64,000 nt of DNA. It comes from Candidatus Omnitrophota bacterium. GTDB lineage: Bacteria > Omnitrophota > Gorgyraeia > Pluralincolimonadales > Pluralincolimonadaceae. Position 1 is the first letter of the stretch, and each line of letters opens with the position of its first letter. The stretch is taken from positions 13,173 through 77,172 of the forward strand of contig JBAZJG010000001.1 of the NCBI GenBank assembly GCA_041651455.1. Reading direction: 5' to 3'. Positions 19,888 to 28,217 of the stretch are shown here, piece by piece. The translations under genes and the position numbers were made by a program. Under the pieces are notes generated by a model. The model saw nothing but the letters and a program-made list of their open reading frames with translations, was not told where the DNA came from and searched no databases.

Positions 19888-20370
19888 ATGTTTAGAAACA
19901 TTTTGTTTGTAGTGGCTGTGGCAATGGTTTTATCGTTCTCAGTAAACGCGTTCGCAGACTTTGAAGTCCATATGGTGGACGCGCTTGGAAAGAACCTGCC
20001 TTCGGATTTCCGGGATGGCGGGGATTTCCAGCTTAGCGAGACACCGTACTTGTATTTCAATGTTGAAGACCTGAGGCAATATACTTTTGGCGGGTCTTAT
20101 TGGACCGATCCGGACAATGAGCTTGAGCTTACAGCTCCCGCGCTTGTATCAGGGAATGATGTCTGGTATACGCTTGACTGGACTTCGGTAACCAAAACGC
20201 CCGGTACGTGGACGGTGGAAGGTTGGTATAAATCGGCCGGCATTTTAAACTATACGTCGGATACAGTGACGTTCAATTATGTTCCCGAGCCGATTTCGAC
20301 CGCTTTGTTCCTGCTTGGCGGAGCGACATTAGTTGTTCGCAGGATGAGAAAGGAAAATAGAAAAATATGA
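19888..20370 (+). CDS. PEP-CTERM sorting-domain protein 2
   Basis: Signal peptide followed by the C-terminus NYVPEPISTALFLLGGATLVVRRMRKENRKI*. Confidence 0.85.
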   Translation: MFRNILFVVAVAMVLSFSVNAFADFEVHMVDALGKNLPSDFRDGGDFQLSETPYLYFNVEDLRQYTFGGSYWTDPDNELELTAPALVSGNDVWYTLDWTSVTKTPGTWTVEGWYKSAGILNYTSDTVTFNYVPEPISTALFLLGGATLVVRRMRKENRKI

Positions 20371-21068
20371 AAAGGATATTAGTTCTGGCGTTCATTATAT
20401 TAATGGCGGCCGCGTCTGCTTCGGCCGACCAGGTAAGTTTTGTCTGGAACTCGAGCGGCGACACCATACAGGGAGTCGATGGCGACACATCCTGGTGGTC
20501 GAGCAACGACAGCATGGTCAACCTGAATACTTACCAGTTAAGTTTGTTAAGCGGTTCCGCTGAAGCGATCGGCTATGATGGCCTGTGCAAGGGCTGGCTT
20601 ACTCAGCGCGGGACTAGGGGCCTCGGCATATCGGGAAGCGAGAACGACGAAATTGACAGCTATGATAAGGTCGAGAAGCTTGTTTTTACGTTCGATGCGC
20701 CCGTCTACATGAATTCGTTCGAGGTCAGGTCGCTGTATTATGAATCAAGCTTACTGACGAACGGCGACCACATGGAAAGAGGAGTAGCGAATTTTTATCT
20801 CGACAGCGCAAATGTATATAAGCAGTGCCTTACCGGCTCGGAGAATATATCGGCCGGTGGCGACGGGATAGCAAGCTACTCGTACGACCAGCCGTTCCTT
20901 ATCGACAAGATCGTATTCAATGTTCCCGCGAACAAATGGTATACGTACCAGAGCGAGTTTTCAGTGGCGAAGATGGATGTTACCACCGCGCCTGAACCTG
21001 TGAGCACGGTGCTATTCATATCGGGTGGAGCGGTAATGTTGGTGAGGAGATTCAAGAGGGCGCGCTAG
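20367..21068 (+). CDS. PEP-CTERM sorting-domain protein 3
   Basis: Signal peptide followed by the C-terminus TTAPEPVSTVLFISGGAVMLVRRFKRAR*. Confidence 0.85.
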   Translation: MKRILVLAFIILMAAASASADQVSFVWNSSGDTIQGVDGDTSWWSSNDSMVNLNTYQLSLLSGSAEAIGYDGLCKGWLTQRGTRGLGISGSENDEIDSYDKVEKLVFTFDAPVYMNSFEVRSLYYESSLLTNGDHMERGVANFYLDSANVYKQCLTGSENISAGGDGIASYSYDQPFLIDKIVFNVPANKWYTYQSEFSVAKMDVTTAPEPVSTVLFISGGAVMLVRRFKRAR

Positions 21069-21086
21069 CGCGGAAGGAGCAGTTAA

Positions 21087-21704
21087 ATGAAGAAGATAGC
21101 TTATTTACTGGTAGTTGCGGGCTTGTTATGCTTCAATCAGGCATTCGCCGATGATCTTAGCCCGACGGATGATGCGTATACCTATAGCCGCAGCGCAAAC
21201 CGAGACACGAATTATGGCGATAGTTTGGTTTTAGATATCGGCAAGATATACTCCTCGAATACAACCCAAAGCTATCTGAAATTTGACTTATCAAGCTATT
21301 CCGCAGGCATTGATTCAGCATATCTTTATCTATATCAAAATGTTGGTGTATTGCCAGCCGATATTAATGCTTATTCAACCTCGAATTCCTGGAACGAAAA
21401 TGATATTACGTGGAACAACCAACCGTCGACCTCCGGGACACCTGTTACTATTTCGGCCGGGAGCGGTATCGGTTGGTATTCATGGGATGTTACATCTTTG
21501 GCTCAGAGCGCGGCTGGGAATAGCTTCTCCTTGGCTTTGACGTCGAGTAATTATGCACATATGTTTAATTCGAATGAGGCACTGACGAATAAGCCCTATC
21601 TGGCCGTTACAGGAATTACGGTTCCGGAGCCGGTCAGCACGGTATTATTTATTATGGGCGGCTCAGTGCTTTTAGCCCGCAGGATTAGGAAGGGGAGAAA
21701 ATAA
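21087..21704 (+). CDS. PEP-CTERM sorting-domain protein 4 (N-terminal domain resembles DNRLRE/CBM-like)
   Basis: Signal peptide. The segment YGDSLVLDIG...SYLKFDLSSY...AYLYLY resembles the DNRLRE family. C-terminus ITVPEPVSTVLFIMGGSVLLARRIRKGRK*. Confidence 0.8.
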   Translation: MKKIAYLLVVAGLLCFNQAFADDLSPTDDAYTYSRSANRDTNYGDSLVLDIGKIYSSNTTQSYLKFDLSSYSAGIDSAYLYLYQNVGVLPADINAYSTSNSWNENDITWNNQPSTSGTPVTISAGSGIGWYSWDVTSLAQSAAGNSFSLALTSSNYAHMFNSNEALTNKPYLAVTGITVPEPVSTVLFIMGGSVLLARRIRKGRK

Positions 21705-22360
21705 TGAAGAAGGTATTATTCCTGGCTTTAGTTTTTCTGGTCGCGAGTTCCGCGACGGCGCATGCCATATCGGACATTTCCGGCTATTTCAACGCGGACA
21801 ACTGGTATGACATGTATATCAGCACTGATGATTCGCAGTTAGGTACTTTAGTCGGCAGTTCAGATAGGGGAGTATTTGATTGGGCAACTTCTGAAGATAT
21901 AGGGAATTGGGGCATTACCCTGACGCCCGGAGTGACAAATTATCTCCATATAGTTGCATGGGATGACAATTACAATATCGCGGGTGTGCTCGGTGACCTT
22001 CATCTGAACAATTCGAATTATGTGTTCAGCAACGGGACAACTTCACTGCTGACGAATACCGAGGACTGGACAGTTCGTTTGGGTAGTTTCGCGGAATCCA
22101 CAGCAACCATTGTAAATTCCGGCGGCTACACCAATGGCAGCACAGACAGTCCCTGGTATGAGTTCCTTGGCTCTTCGATCGCCAATATAAGCGGCGATGC
22201 CCAGATGATCTGGACGAATGAAAACGGAGAAAGGGATCTCGGCGCGACAAGGTATTTTTCGACGTCTATAAATACGGTCCCTGAACCGGTGAGCACGGCA
22301 TTGTTCCTGCTCGGCGGCGCGACGCTGGCGGTCAGGCGGCTGCGGGGTAAAAAGAAATAG
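21704..22360 (+). CDS. PEP-CTERM sorting-domain protein 5
   Basis: Signal peptide followed by the C-terminus NTVPEPVSTALFLLGGATLAVRRLRGKKK*. Confidence 0.85.
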   Translation: MKKVLFLALVFLVASSATAHAISDISGYFNADNWYDMYISTDDSQLGTLVGSSDRGVFDWATSEDIGNWGITLTPGVTNYLHIVAWDDNYNIAGVLGDLHLNNSNYVFSNGTTSLLTNTEDWTVRLGSFAESTATIVNSGGYTNGSTDSPWYEFLGSSIANISGDAQMIWTNENGERDLGATRYFSTSINTVPEPVSTALFLLGGATLAVRRLRGKKK

Positions 22361-22365
22361 AAGTT

Positions 22366-22397
22366 GCGGGGAGTTGAAAAACTCCCCGCTTTTTTAT
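22366..22397 (+). terminator. Rho-independent terminator
   Basis: A perfect hairpin GCGGGGAGTT-GAAAA-AACTCCCCGC is followed by TTTTTTATT, immediately after the stop of PEP-CTERM gene 5. Confidence 0.8.
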
Positions 22398-22420
22398 TAA
22401 CCTAATAAAAGGAGGGCGCG

Positions 22421-23164
22421 ATGCGCAACAGGGTGTTATTGGCTCTTGTCTCGGTTCTGTTCTTGATAACGGCGGCAGGCACGGCATCGGCGTATACGGA
22501 ATCGTCGACGGACCTCTGGAATTACCAGAATATTTCGAACTTGGACCTATATGTCAACGGAACATACCTGCTTACAGCTGATACTTCGAACAGCTATGAT
22601 AACATGACAGGGCAATATTATAACGCGTTCGGCGCATACTATTCTAACGGCGACGGGACAGCGGCGCGTTTTCCCGACTGGGATTACTCGAGTGGTTCGC
22701 CGACGACATATGCCGATGGGACAGTATGGAGCTTAAGGCTTACGCTTAATTCGTCGGTTACGGTAGGAAGCTTTGAGCTTCATGCCGAGCATGATGCTAT
22801 GAATGACGGGGCATATCGCGGCTCCGATTACAGGGGGTTCAAGCAGTTCAGCTTATATTCCTCAACGGACGGGAATAACTGGGGCAGTGCGTTATACGTG
22901 TATAACGCCTCGAATCCATACAATGGGGAATTAGGCGGGTTGAATTATAACGTATTGGATATCGTAAGGGACATAGACCCGACGGAATCTTTGTATTGGA
23001 GGATGGATTTCGTGCAGAACGGAGCTACGGCATGGGCTTCCGGGCCGCGTGTTAACGAGCTCGACGGTTTTGCGGCGACGGCCGTGCCGGAGCCGGTTTC
23101 GACCACGTTATTCATTCTCGGCGGAGCGACGCTGGCTGCAAGGCGCCTGCGCGGGAAGAGATAG
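22421..23164 (+). CDS. PEP-CTERM sorting-domain protein 6
   Basis: Signal peptide followed by the C-terminus TAVPEPVSTTLFILGGATLAARRLRGKR*. Confidence 0.85.
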   Translation: MRNRVLLALVSVLFLITAAGTASAYTESSTDLWNYQNISNLDLYVNGTYLLTADTSNSYDNMTGQYYNAFGAYYSNGDGTAARFPDWDYSSGSPTTYADGTVWSLRLTLNSSVTVGSFELHAEHDAMNDGAYRGSDYRGFKQFSLYSSTDGNNWGSALYVYNASNPYNGELGGLNYNVLDIVRDIDPTESLYWRMDFVQNGATAWASGPRVNELDGFAATAVPEPVSTTLFILGGATLAARRLRGKR

Positions 23165-23203
23165 ATTTTTGGGTGAGAGCAAGACAACCAGGGGGATGAG
23201 GAG

Positions 23204-23797
23204 ATGAAGCACATTTTGTTAGCGGTATTGTTTGTGGCGCTCGCGGCGGCGCCGGTATTTGCCGACGAAACGAACATGGTGTATAACCCGGGTTTCCAGA
23301 TGGCCCTTAATGGATGGAGTGTTTGGGGTTCGGCCTGGTTAGCCCCGGAAGGCCAGGATAGCACAAACGCGGCCTATTCATGGATAGGCTCGGGCGGATG
23401 GCAGGATATCGCGATAACCGACCCTCTGAAGACATTAAAGATAAGCGGCTGGCTTGCCGACATGAGCGAGACGCTGTATTTGGATCCGTTGGATACTACT
23501 GCCTACGTCGCATTCCGTCTTGAGTTCAAGGATGCCAGCGGCACCATACTTAACAAGTGGGAATCGGATAAGCTTTACGGGAACGGTTCGGGTTTAAGCT
23601 GGACACAGCTTTCGGGTTATGCGACGCCGGGCGCCGATGTAGTAAAAGCGACGCTTGTCTGGGAAACCCAGGGAAGCGGACACGGGACCGGCAGGTTTGA
23701 TAATTTCAGCGTAACGGCGGTCCCTGAGCCGGTTAGCACGGCGCTGTTCCTTCTTGGCGGCGCGACGCTTGTCGCGCGGAGATTGCGCAGGAAGTAG
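23204..23797 (+). CDS. PEP-CTERM sorting-domain protein 7
   Basis: Signal peptide followed by the C-terminus TAVPEPVSTALFLLGGATLVARRLRRK*. Confidence 0.85.
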   Translation: MKHILLAVLFVALAAAPVFADETNMVYNPGFQMALNGWSVWGSAWLAPEGQDSTNAAYSWIGSGGWQDIAITDPLKTLKISGWLADMSETLYLDPLDTTAYVAFRLEFKDASGTILNKWESDKLYGNGSGLSWTQLSGYATPGADVVKATLVWETQGSGHGTGRFDNFSVTAVPEPVSTALFLLGGATLVARRLRRK

Positions 23798-24460
23798 TTA
23801 TTTCCCGAAGAGGTATTCCGATTGTTCGGGAGTGAGGCTGCGGGAAAGGTCTTTGACGAAGTCCTTAGCGAGGCGGAGGGCGGTATCTGTGCCGCCTTTG
23901 CGGGTAGGTATATCGAGCCGGACCATGAGTCCGGCTTTTTTCTTTTGGAATATGGACGACCATAGCTCGATGAACTTTTGTTCCGTCCAGCCGACTATCT
24001 TCTTGTCTATACATATCCAGTAGACCATCGTGAGGCCCTCGCCGCCTTTATCCATTGAGAGCGCGTGGGCCTTGAACGTCTTGCCGCCGGCGGTCAGCTC
24101 GATATCGTCGAGCTCGGTGATCTTGTATCCGCTGGAGCCGTAGCACACTTTCGGGTTGTGGAAATTCCCGGCGTCGAGGACGAGCAGGAGGAGGCGTTCG
24201 CCGAGGAAGTTGCCGTAGACGCGCGCGAAGACATCGCCGACGAAATTATAGACCTCCTGGTCTTCCATCTTCGATTTCATGCTGCCGGAGACATCCATGC
24301 TCTGCCAGCCGGTCATCGCTACTGGTATATTTATTTTAGATAGCGTGTCCGTGCTTTTGTATTTCCATTTAGGCAGGGCAAAGGCAATAATCATTGTTAT
24401 TACAAGCAAAAGTAAAAGCGTTACTGTCTTATTCATGCTTATCTTATCGTTTATTTTCAT
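23798..24460 (-). CDS. epsI: Exosortase-associated EpsI family protein
   Basis: A single N-terminal TM helix plus a periplasmic domain with the HNPKVCY motif. It lies immediately downstream of the exosortase gene. The true start may be the internal ATG at about 24436. Confidence 0.7.
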   Translation of the reverse strand: MKINDKISMNKTVTLLLLLVITMIIAFALPKWKYKSTDTLSKINIPVAMTGWQSMDVSGSMKSKMEDQEVYNFVGDVFARVYGNFLGERLLLLVLDAGNFHNPKVCYGSSGYKITELDDIELTAGGKTFKAHALSMDKGGEGLTMVYWICIDKKIVGWTEQKFIELWSSIFQKKKAGLMVRLDIPTRKGGTDTALRLAKDFVKDLSRSLTPEQSEYLFGK

Positions 24461-25292
24461 ATTTTTCCATGATGAATTCTATAAACAAAAGGCCTATTAT
24501 CATTATTACGAATATTACGCCGCCGCTGAAATAATGGAAGAAGCCCTGCGCGACCTTCTCGCCCTTATGGTATGTAAGCAGGCAGAGCGTAATTACGCGG
24601 ACAAGGTTGCCGAAGAGCGCGAGAGGTATTATCGCGGCGACGAGCACGAACTTTTTCAGCAAAGTCCCTTTTATGACGTATACATAGAATATGCCGAGGG
24701 AGAACATCGTTATGAGCGAGCGGAACCCGCTGCACGGCGCTCCCATGAATATCTCGTGGGTTCCGAGGTAGATCATCAGACCTTCGCGGTGTATGGGGTA
24801 GTGGATGGCGTTCATTATCGCTACAGCGGCGACCGAGATGCCGTGGCGCATAGGTATCGTTATCGCGTCCAGCACGCCGAGGGGCGGCGGCATCATTAGA
24901 AGGAGGTAAAGGATCGGGAACGAAAGCAATTTTGCCAAACCTTTCCCGTAAATATAAATAATAATACCGTAGAGCAGGGGAATGAGCGAAAGTGTCGTTA
25001 TGAAAAAGAAACCAAACTTCCAACCGACGATGAACATGAAAAGGCCCAAGACTGCCAGTGAAAGCCCGGCGGCTGTCCTTGGGGCGTCCGGGCCCTTATA
25101 GCTGCGAAGGTTGCGCCAGGCAAGGAAGAGCGATAGGGGGAGTATGAAATACGCGTGCGTGTAATCTATTGTCTCCCAACGAGCTTTGTAAAGCTGGTAG
25201 ATGACAGGAGAGTAGAGAACACCCACTAACCCCCAAATTAGCAAGTGTGCCATAAAGATATTATACCAGAGAATTAAGTGTTGTGTCCCCAT
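24444..25292 (-). CDS. Exosortase (EpsH/XrtA-like transpeptidase)
   Basis: 282 aa with 8 predicted TM helices. It has the conserved putative catalytic Cys in GAPCSGFRSL and Arg in FGNLVRV. It is adjacent to seven PEP-CTERM substrate genes. Confidence 0.85.
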   Translation of the reverse strand: MGTQHLILWYNIFMAHLLIWGLVGVLYSPVIYQLYKARWETIDYTHAYFILPLSLFLAWRNLRSYKGPDAPRTAAGLSLAVLGLFMFIVGWKFGFFFITTLSLIPLLYGIIIYIYGKGLAKLLSFPILYLLLMMPPPLGVLDAITIPMRHGISVAAVAIMNAIHYPIHREGLMIYLGTHEIFMGAPCSGFRSLITMFSLGIFYVYVIKGTLLKKFVLVAAIIPLALFGNLVRVITLCLLTYHKGEKVAQGFFHYFSGGVIFVIMIIGLLFIEFIMEKYENKR

Positions 25293-25309
25293 AAATTTTG
25301 TTATAATAT
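25280..25309 (+). promoter_or_regulatory. Promoter candidate for the small-protein operon, in a divergent region shared with the exosortase gene
   Basis: TATAAT at about 25303-25308, with TTGTGT about 16-17 nt upstream. Confidence 0.35.
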
Positions 25310-25330
25310 GGGCTTAACAGGAGGAAAAAT

Positions 25331-25675
25331 ATGGGAAGGATGGCGGTTTCTCTTATTATAATGGCGGTATTTGCGTCGGCGCCTGCCGTGGCGTACGCGC
25401 ATGCTCCGTCCAACGTCGATGTGTCGATGACGGATTCCGGAAGGGTCCAGGTCGTGGTCACGCACGCCGTCGGGAACCCGAAAGCCCATTACATATATAA
25501 GATAGAAGTCAAGGTGAACGGCGAGAAGGTAGAAGAAAAGGAATATAAGGAGCAGATAGGCAACCAGCAGGTCGATTCGTTCGGGATCGCCGGGCTGAAG
25601 GCGGGCGATAAGGTCGAAGCCCAAGCGTATTGCATTAAGGGCGGGGACCGCAAGGGGGAGATGATAATAGAATGA
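25331..25675 (+). CDS. Small secreted protein with a His/Cys motif faintly resembling superoxide reductase (neelaredoxin)
   Basis: Signal peptide ...AVAYA|HAPS. The motifs THAVGNPKAHYIYKIE and YCIKGG loosely echo SOR HPNTTEHHI and CNIHG. Confidence 0.4.
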   Translation: MGRMAVSLIIMAVFASAPAVAYAHAPSNVDVSMTDSGRVQVVVTHAVGNPKAHYIYKIEVKVNGEKVEEKEYKEQIGNQQVDSFGIAGLKAGDKVEAQAYCIKGGDRKGEMIIE

Positions 25676-25875
25676 TAAAGTTATACCGGATGATACAGTA
25701 TACGGGAATAGCGGCAGTGGTATTGCTGGTTGCGACGGCGGCCACGGGGCTCGCGCGCGTTGATGTCGAGGTGCACGAGCATCTCGGGATCGCGACGCTG
25801 GCGGTAGGATTGCTGCATGGCGGATTGGTCATATTCAGGAACATTAAAATTAAGGCGGCGCAGAAAGCCAAATGA
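25672..25875 (+). CDS. 67-aa two-TM membrane peptide with HEH and LH motifs
   Basis: Its start overlaps the upstream stop (ATGA). It has two hydrophobic helices flanking VEVHEHLG. Confidence 0.4.
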   Translation: MIKLYRMIQYTGIAAVVLLVATAATGLARVDVEVHEHLGIATLAVGLLHGGLVIFRNIKIKAAQKAK

Positions 25876-26165
25876 AGAATAGGTGTGTCCCCTCGGTGTA
25901 TGGCCCCTTATTGCTGGCGGCGGCGGTATTTTTGGCGGTGCCGCAGGCGCATGCCGTGACGATGACCGGAGTTTTGAAGGACAATTCGAACACCGGCATA
26001 AAGAAATTAACGAAGGAAGAAGAGAAGAATTATATAAGGGAATGCGGCATAAAGGATGATTTCAGCGTCCAGGTAACTACGAAGAACCAGAAGAAGTTCG
26101 ACAGGAACCGCGACGGTTACTTGAGCGGAAGGGAACTGGAAGAGTACCTGAAGAAATACGACTAA
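25872..26165 (+). CDS. Secreted EF-hand calcium-binding protein
   Basis: Signal peptide ...PQAHA|VT. It carries a canonical EF-hand loop, DRNRDGYLSGRE (D1, N3, D5, G6, E12). Confidence 0.55.
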   Translation: MKNRCVPSVYGPLLLAAAVFLAVPQAHAVTMTGVLKDNSNTGIKKLTKEEEKNYIRECGIKDDFSVQVTTKNQKKFDRNRDGYLSGRELEEYLKKYD

Positions 26166-26185
26166 ACTATACCGGAGGGACTTCG

Positions 26186-27232
26186 ATGGTCGATTTCGGG
26201 GCGATAATAGGGGATTCGGCGGACTGGACGAAGAAGGTGTTGTTCCATCCTTTTAATTTCAAGAAATGGCTCATACTCGCCTTTATCGCTATAATGGCCG
26301 GTTCGATGTCGAATGGGTGCAACTATAACTCAGGGAACAACCATCAATATGAATCGCAGCAGCAACAGGGCGAGGGTGTCACCTCGGACGGCTTCGCCAG
26401 TGGCTCCCGGGAGGGTGGGACATGCGCGGCACCGTCGGCAGCGGGGCAGGACATGACAGCCTTCTGGGCCGTCTTCGGGTCCGTGATGCTGTTCGTAGTG
26501 GCGTTGGTCCTTTTGTTGATGTGGCTCGGTTCGCGATTCGCGTTCGTATTCATCGAAGATATCGTGAAGAACGACGCTTCGATAAGGAAGCCTTTTGCGG
26601 ACAACGCCGTCGCCGGCAATTCATATTTCAAGTTCAATATCCTGTTCATGGGCATATTCCTCATTACTTTGCTGCTCTTCATCGGCATGGGGATATTCAT
26701 ATACATGAGATCCGCGTTCCTCGTCTTCATACCGCTGATACTTGTATTCCTCGTCGTGGTATCGGCTGTCGGCATATTCTCGGTCATGTTGATAGACCTG
26801 ACACTGCCGATAATGTATAAGGACAGGATAAAAACGCTAGCGGGGATAGCCAAGTCATGGGCGATCGTAAAGGCCAATAAAGGGAATTTTGTCGTATATA
26901 TCCTGATAAAGATAGGACTCGGCATCGGGGCGGGGATAGCGTATACGATCGCGGCCATCGGGGCGGCGATAGTGGTGCTGATACCGGTCGTGCTTGTCGT
27001 TGTGGCGCTGTATTTCCTGTCGAAGGTGCTGCCTGCGGCTGCGGTGCTGCCTTACTGGATAATAACCGGCGTCATACTGACACCGATATGTGTTTTTCTG
27101 TTCTATTGCCTGATGTCGCTTAACCTGCCATTCGCGGTATTTTTCCGCTCTATGAGCATGAAATTCCTGGAGAAACTGGATCCGCAATATGCCCTCATAC
27201 CTTCAGAAAAACAAGTGGCGGCTCAACAGTAA
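26186..27232 (+). CDS. Hypothetical polytopic membrane protein (DUF4013-like)
   Basis: 348 aa with about 6 TM helices. Its N-terminal region is rich in Gln, Gly and Ser. Confidence 0.45.
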   Translation: MVDFGAIIGDSADWTKKVLFHPFNFKKWLILAFIAIMAGSMSNGCNYNSGNNHQYESQQQQGEGVTSDGFASGSREGGTCAAPSAAGQDMTAFWAVFGSVMLFVVALVLLLMWLGSRFAFVFIEDIVKNDASIRKPFADNAVAGNSYFKFNILFMGIFLITLLLFIGMGIFIYMRSAFLVFIPLILVFLVVVSAVGIFSVMLIDLTLPIMYKDRIKTLAGIAKSWAIVKANKGNFVVYILIKIGLGIGAGIAYTIAAIGAAIVVLIPVVLVVVALYFLSKVLPAAAVLPYWIITGVILTPICVFLFYCLMSLNLPFAVFFRSMSMKFLEKLDPQYALIPSEKQVAAQQ

Positions 27233-27953
27233 GAACGAGCTTGAGCTCACGGTAACCGAATCCAGGGGCCTCGGAAGCGTCGAGGCCCTCAGTATGAAAG
27301 GCGAGATCGCCGGGGTCGAGCCGCACGGGATCACCGCTTTAATTACGTCCAAAAAAGTCGGCGGCGTAGAGGTCACCCGTATCGTTAAGCTCAACGGCAA
27401 ATGGCAGGCCGACGGGAAGAACCGGCTTTCCTTCGCGGTATCGAAAGAGGGCGGGAAGGAAGATATCCTCGTCCTCGACGGGAAATGGGACATCGGCAAG
27501 GACAACGAGATAGTATACCGTTACAGGAAGACCGCCCTGAAGAAGCGCGACAGGATAGAACGTTCGCTCGTATTCAGGGGCGCGTGGCGGATAAACGGGA
27601 CGGACAGGATATCATACCTGCTGGATTCGAGCGGAGAGTCGGGTTTTGTATTCAAGGCGCAGCTGGATAAGGCAGGGATAGAAGGGAAGCTCGGGGCGCT
27701 GAAATACAAGGTCGGGATAGGGGTGTCGCGCTACAAGCGGCCCGTCGAGAGGGTCGTAAAGATATTGGGCACCGTGCGTTGGGACATTACAAAGCGCTAT
27801 TCGCTGGAGTTCGACGCAACCGGCGCCCGGGGCCGCAAGCCGGGCATGGCACTGACGCTGAGCCGCAAACTGCTCGGCGGAGAGGCGTTCCTGAGGCTTA
27901 AAAAGCTTGCGGGCGAAAAGAAGGCGGAGGTTGGGCTAAAGTTTGATTTTTGA
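27189..27953 (+). CDS. Hypothetical Lys/Arg-rich protein
   Basis: Long ORF with gene-like codon usage. The start is uncertain. The first ATG overlaps the upstream gene by 44 nt, and there is an alternative ATG at about 27294. Confidence 0.35.
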   Translation: MPSYLQKNKWRLNSKNELELTVTESRGLGSVEALSMKGEIAGVEPHGITALITSKKVGGVEVTRIVKLNGKWQADGKNRLSFAVSKEGGKEDILVLDGKWDIGKDNEIVYRYRKTALKKRDRIERSLVFRGAWRINGTDRISYLLDSSGESGFVFKAQLDKAGIEGKLGALKYKVGIGVSRYKRPVERVVKILGTVRWDITKRYSLEFDATGARGRKPGMALTLSRKLLGGEAFLRLKKLAGEKKAEVGLKFDF

Positions 27954-27997
27954 TTGACCTGGCCCCGAGTTTATGCTAAAATTACTTTTCTAAATGC

Positions 27998-28071
27998 GGG
28001 CCGCTAGCTCAATCGGTAGAGCAGCAGACTCTTAATCTGTTGGTTGAAGGTTCGAGTCCTTCGCGGCTCAC
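27998..28071 (+). tRNA. tRNA-Lys (anticodon CTT)
   Basis: Cloverleaf with acceptor GGGCCGC/GCGGCTC, anticodon stem GCAGA/TCTGT, loop CTCTTAA, T-arm GAAGG-TTCGAGT-CCTTC, and an encoded CCA. Confidence 0.85.
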
Positions 28072-28093
28072 CATATGCTGTTTTTTTGTCTTC

Positions 28094-28178
28094 GCGCGGA
28101 TGGCGGAATTGGCAGACGCGATAGCCTTAGGAGCTATTGGGGAAACCCGTGGAGGTTCAAGCCCTCTTCCGCGCACCA
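28094..28178 (+). tRNA. tRNA-Leu (anticodon TAG), class II with long variable arm
   Basis: Acceptor GCGCGGA/TCCGCGC, anticodon loop CTTAGGA, long variable arm TGGGGAAACCCGTG, T-arm GAGG-TTCAAGC-CCTC, and an encoded CCA. Confidence 0.85.
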
Positions 28179-28217
28179 ATCCAGGCGCGAGGCGTTGAGA
28201 TTATAAACAGATATCAA

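Noticed and set aside
8707-25292. Looked for a transposase, integrase, IS inverted repeats or direct repeats bounding the low-GC island
   Set aside because: None recognised. All ORFs in the interval are glycan-synthesis, PEP-CTERM or sorting genes. The island boundaries are therefore called from composition only.
25331-25675. Calling the 114-aa secreted protein a superoxide reductase
   Set aside because: Only a partial match to SOR Fe-site motifs. The second His of the C-x-x-H element is replaced by Gly, and SORs are cytoplasmic and lack signal peptides. It is kept as 'SOR-like motif' only.
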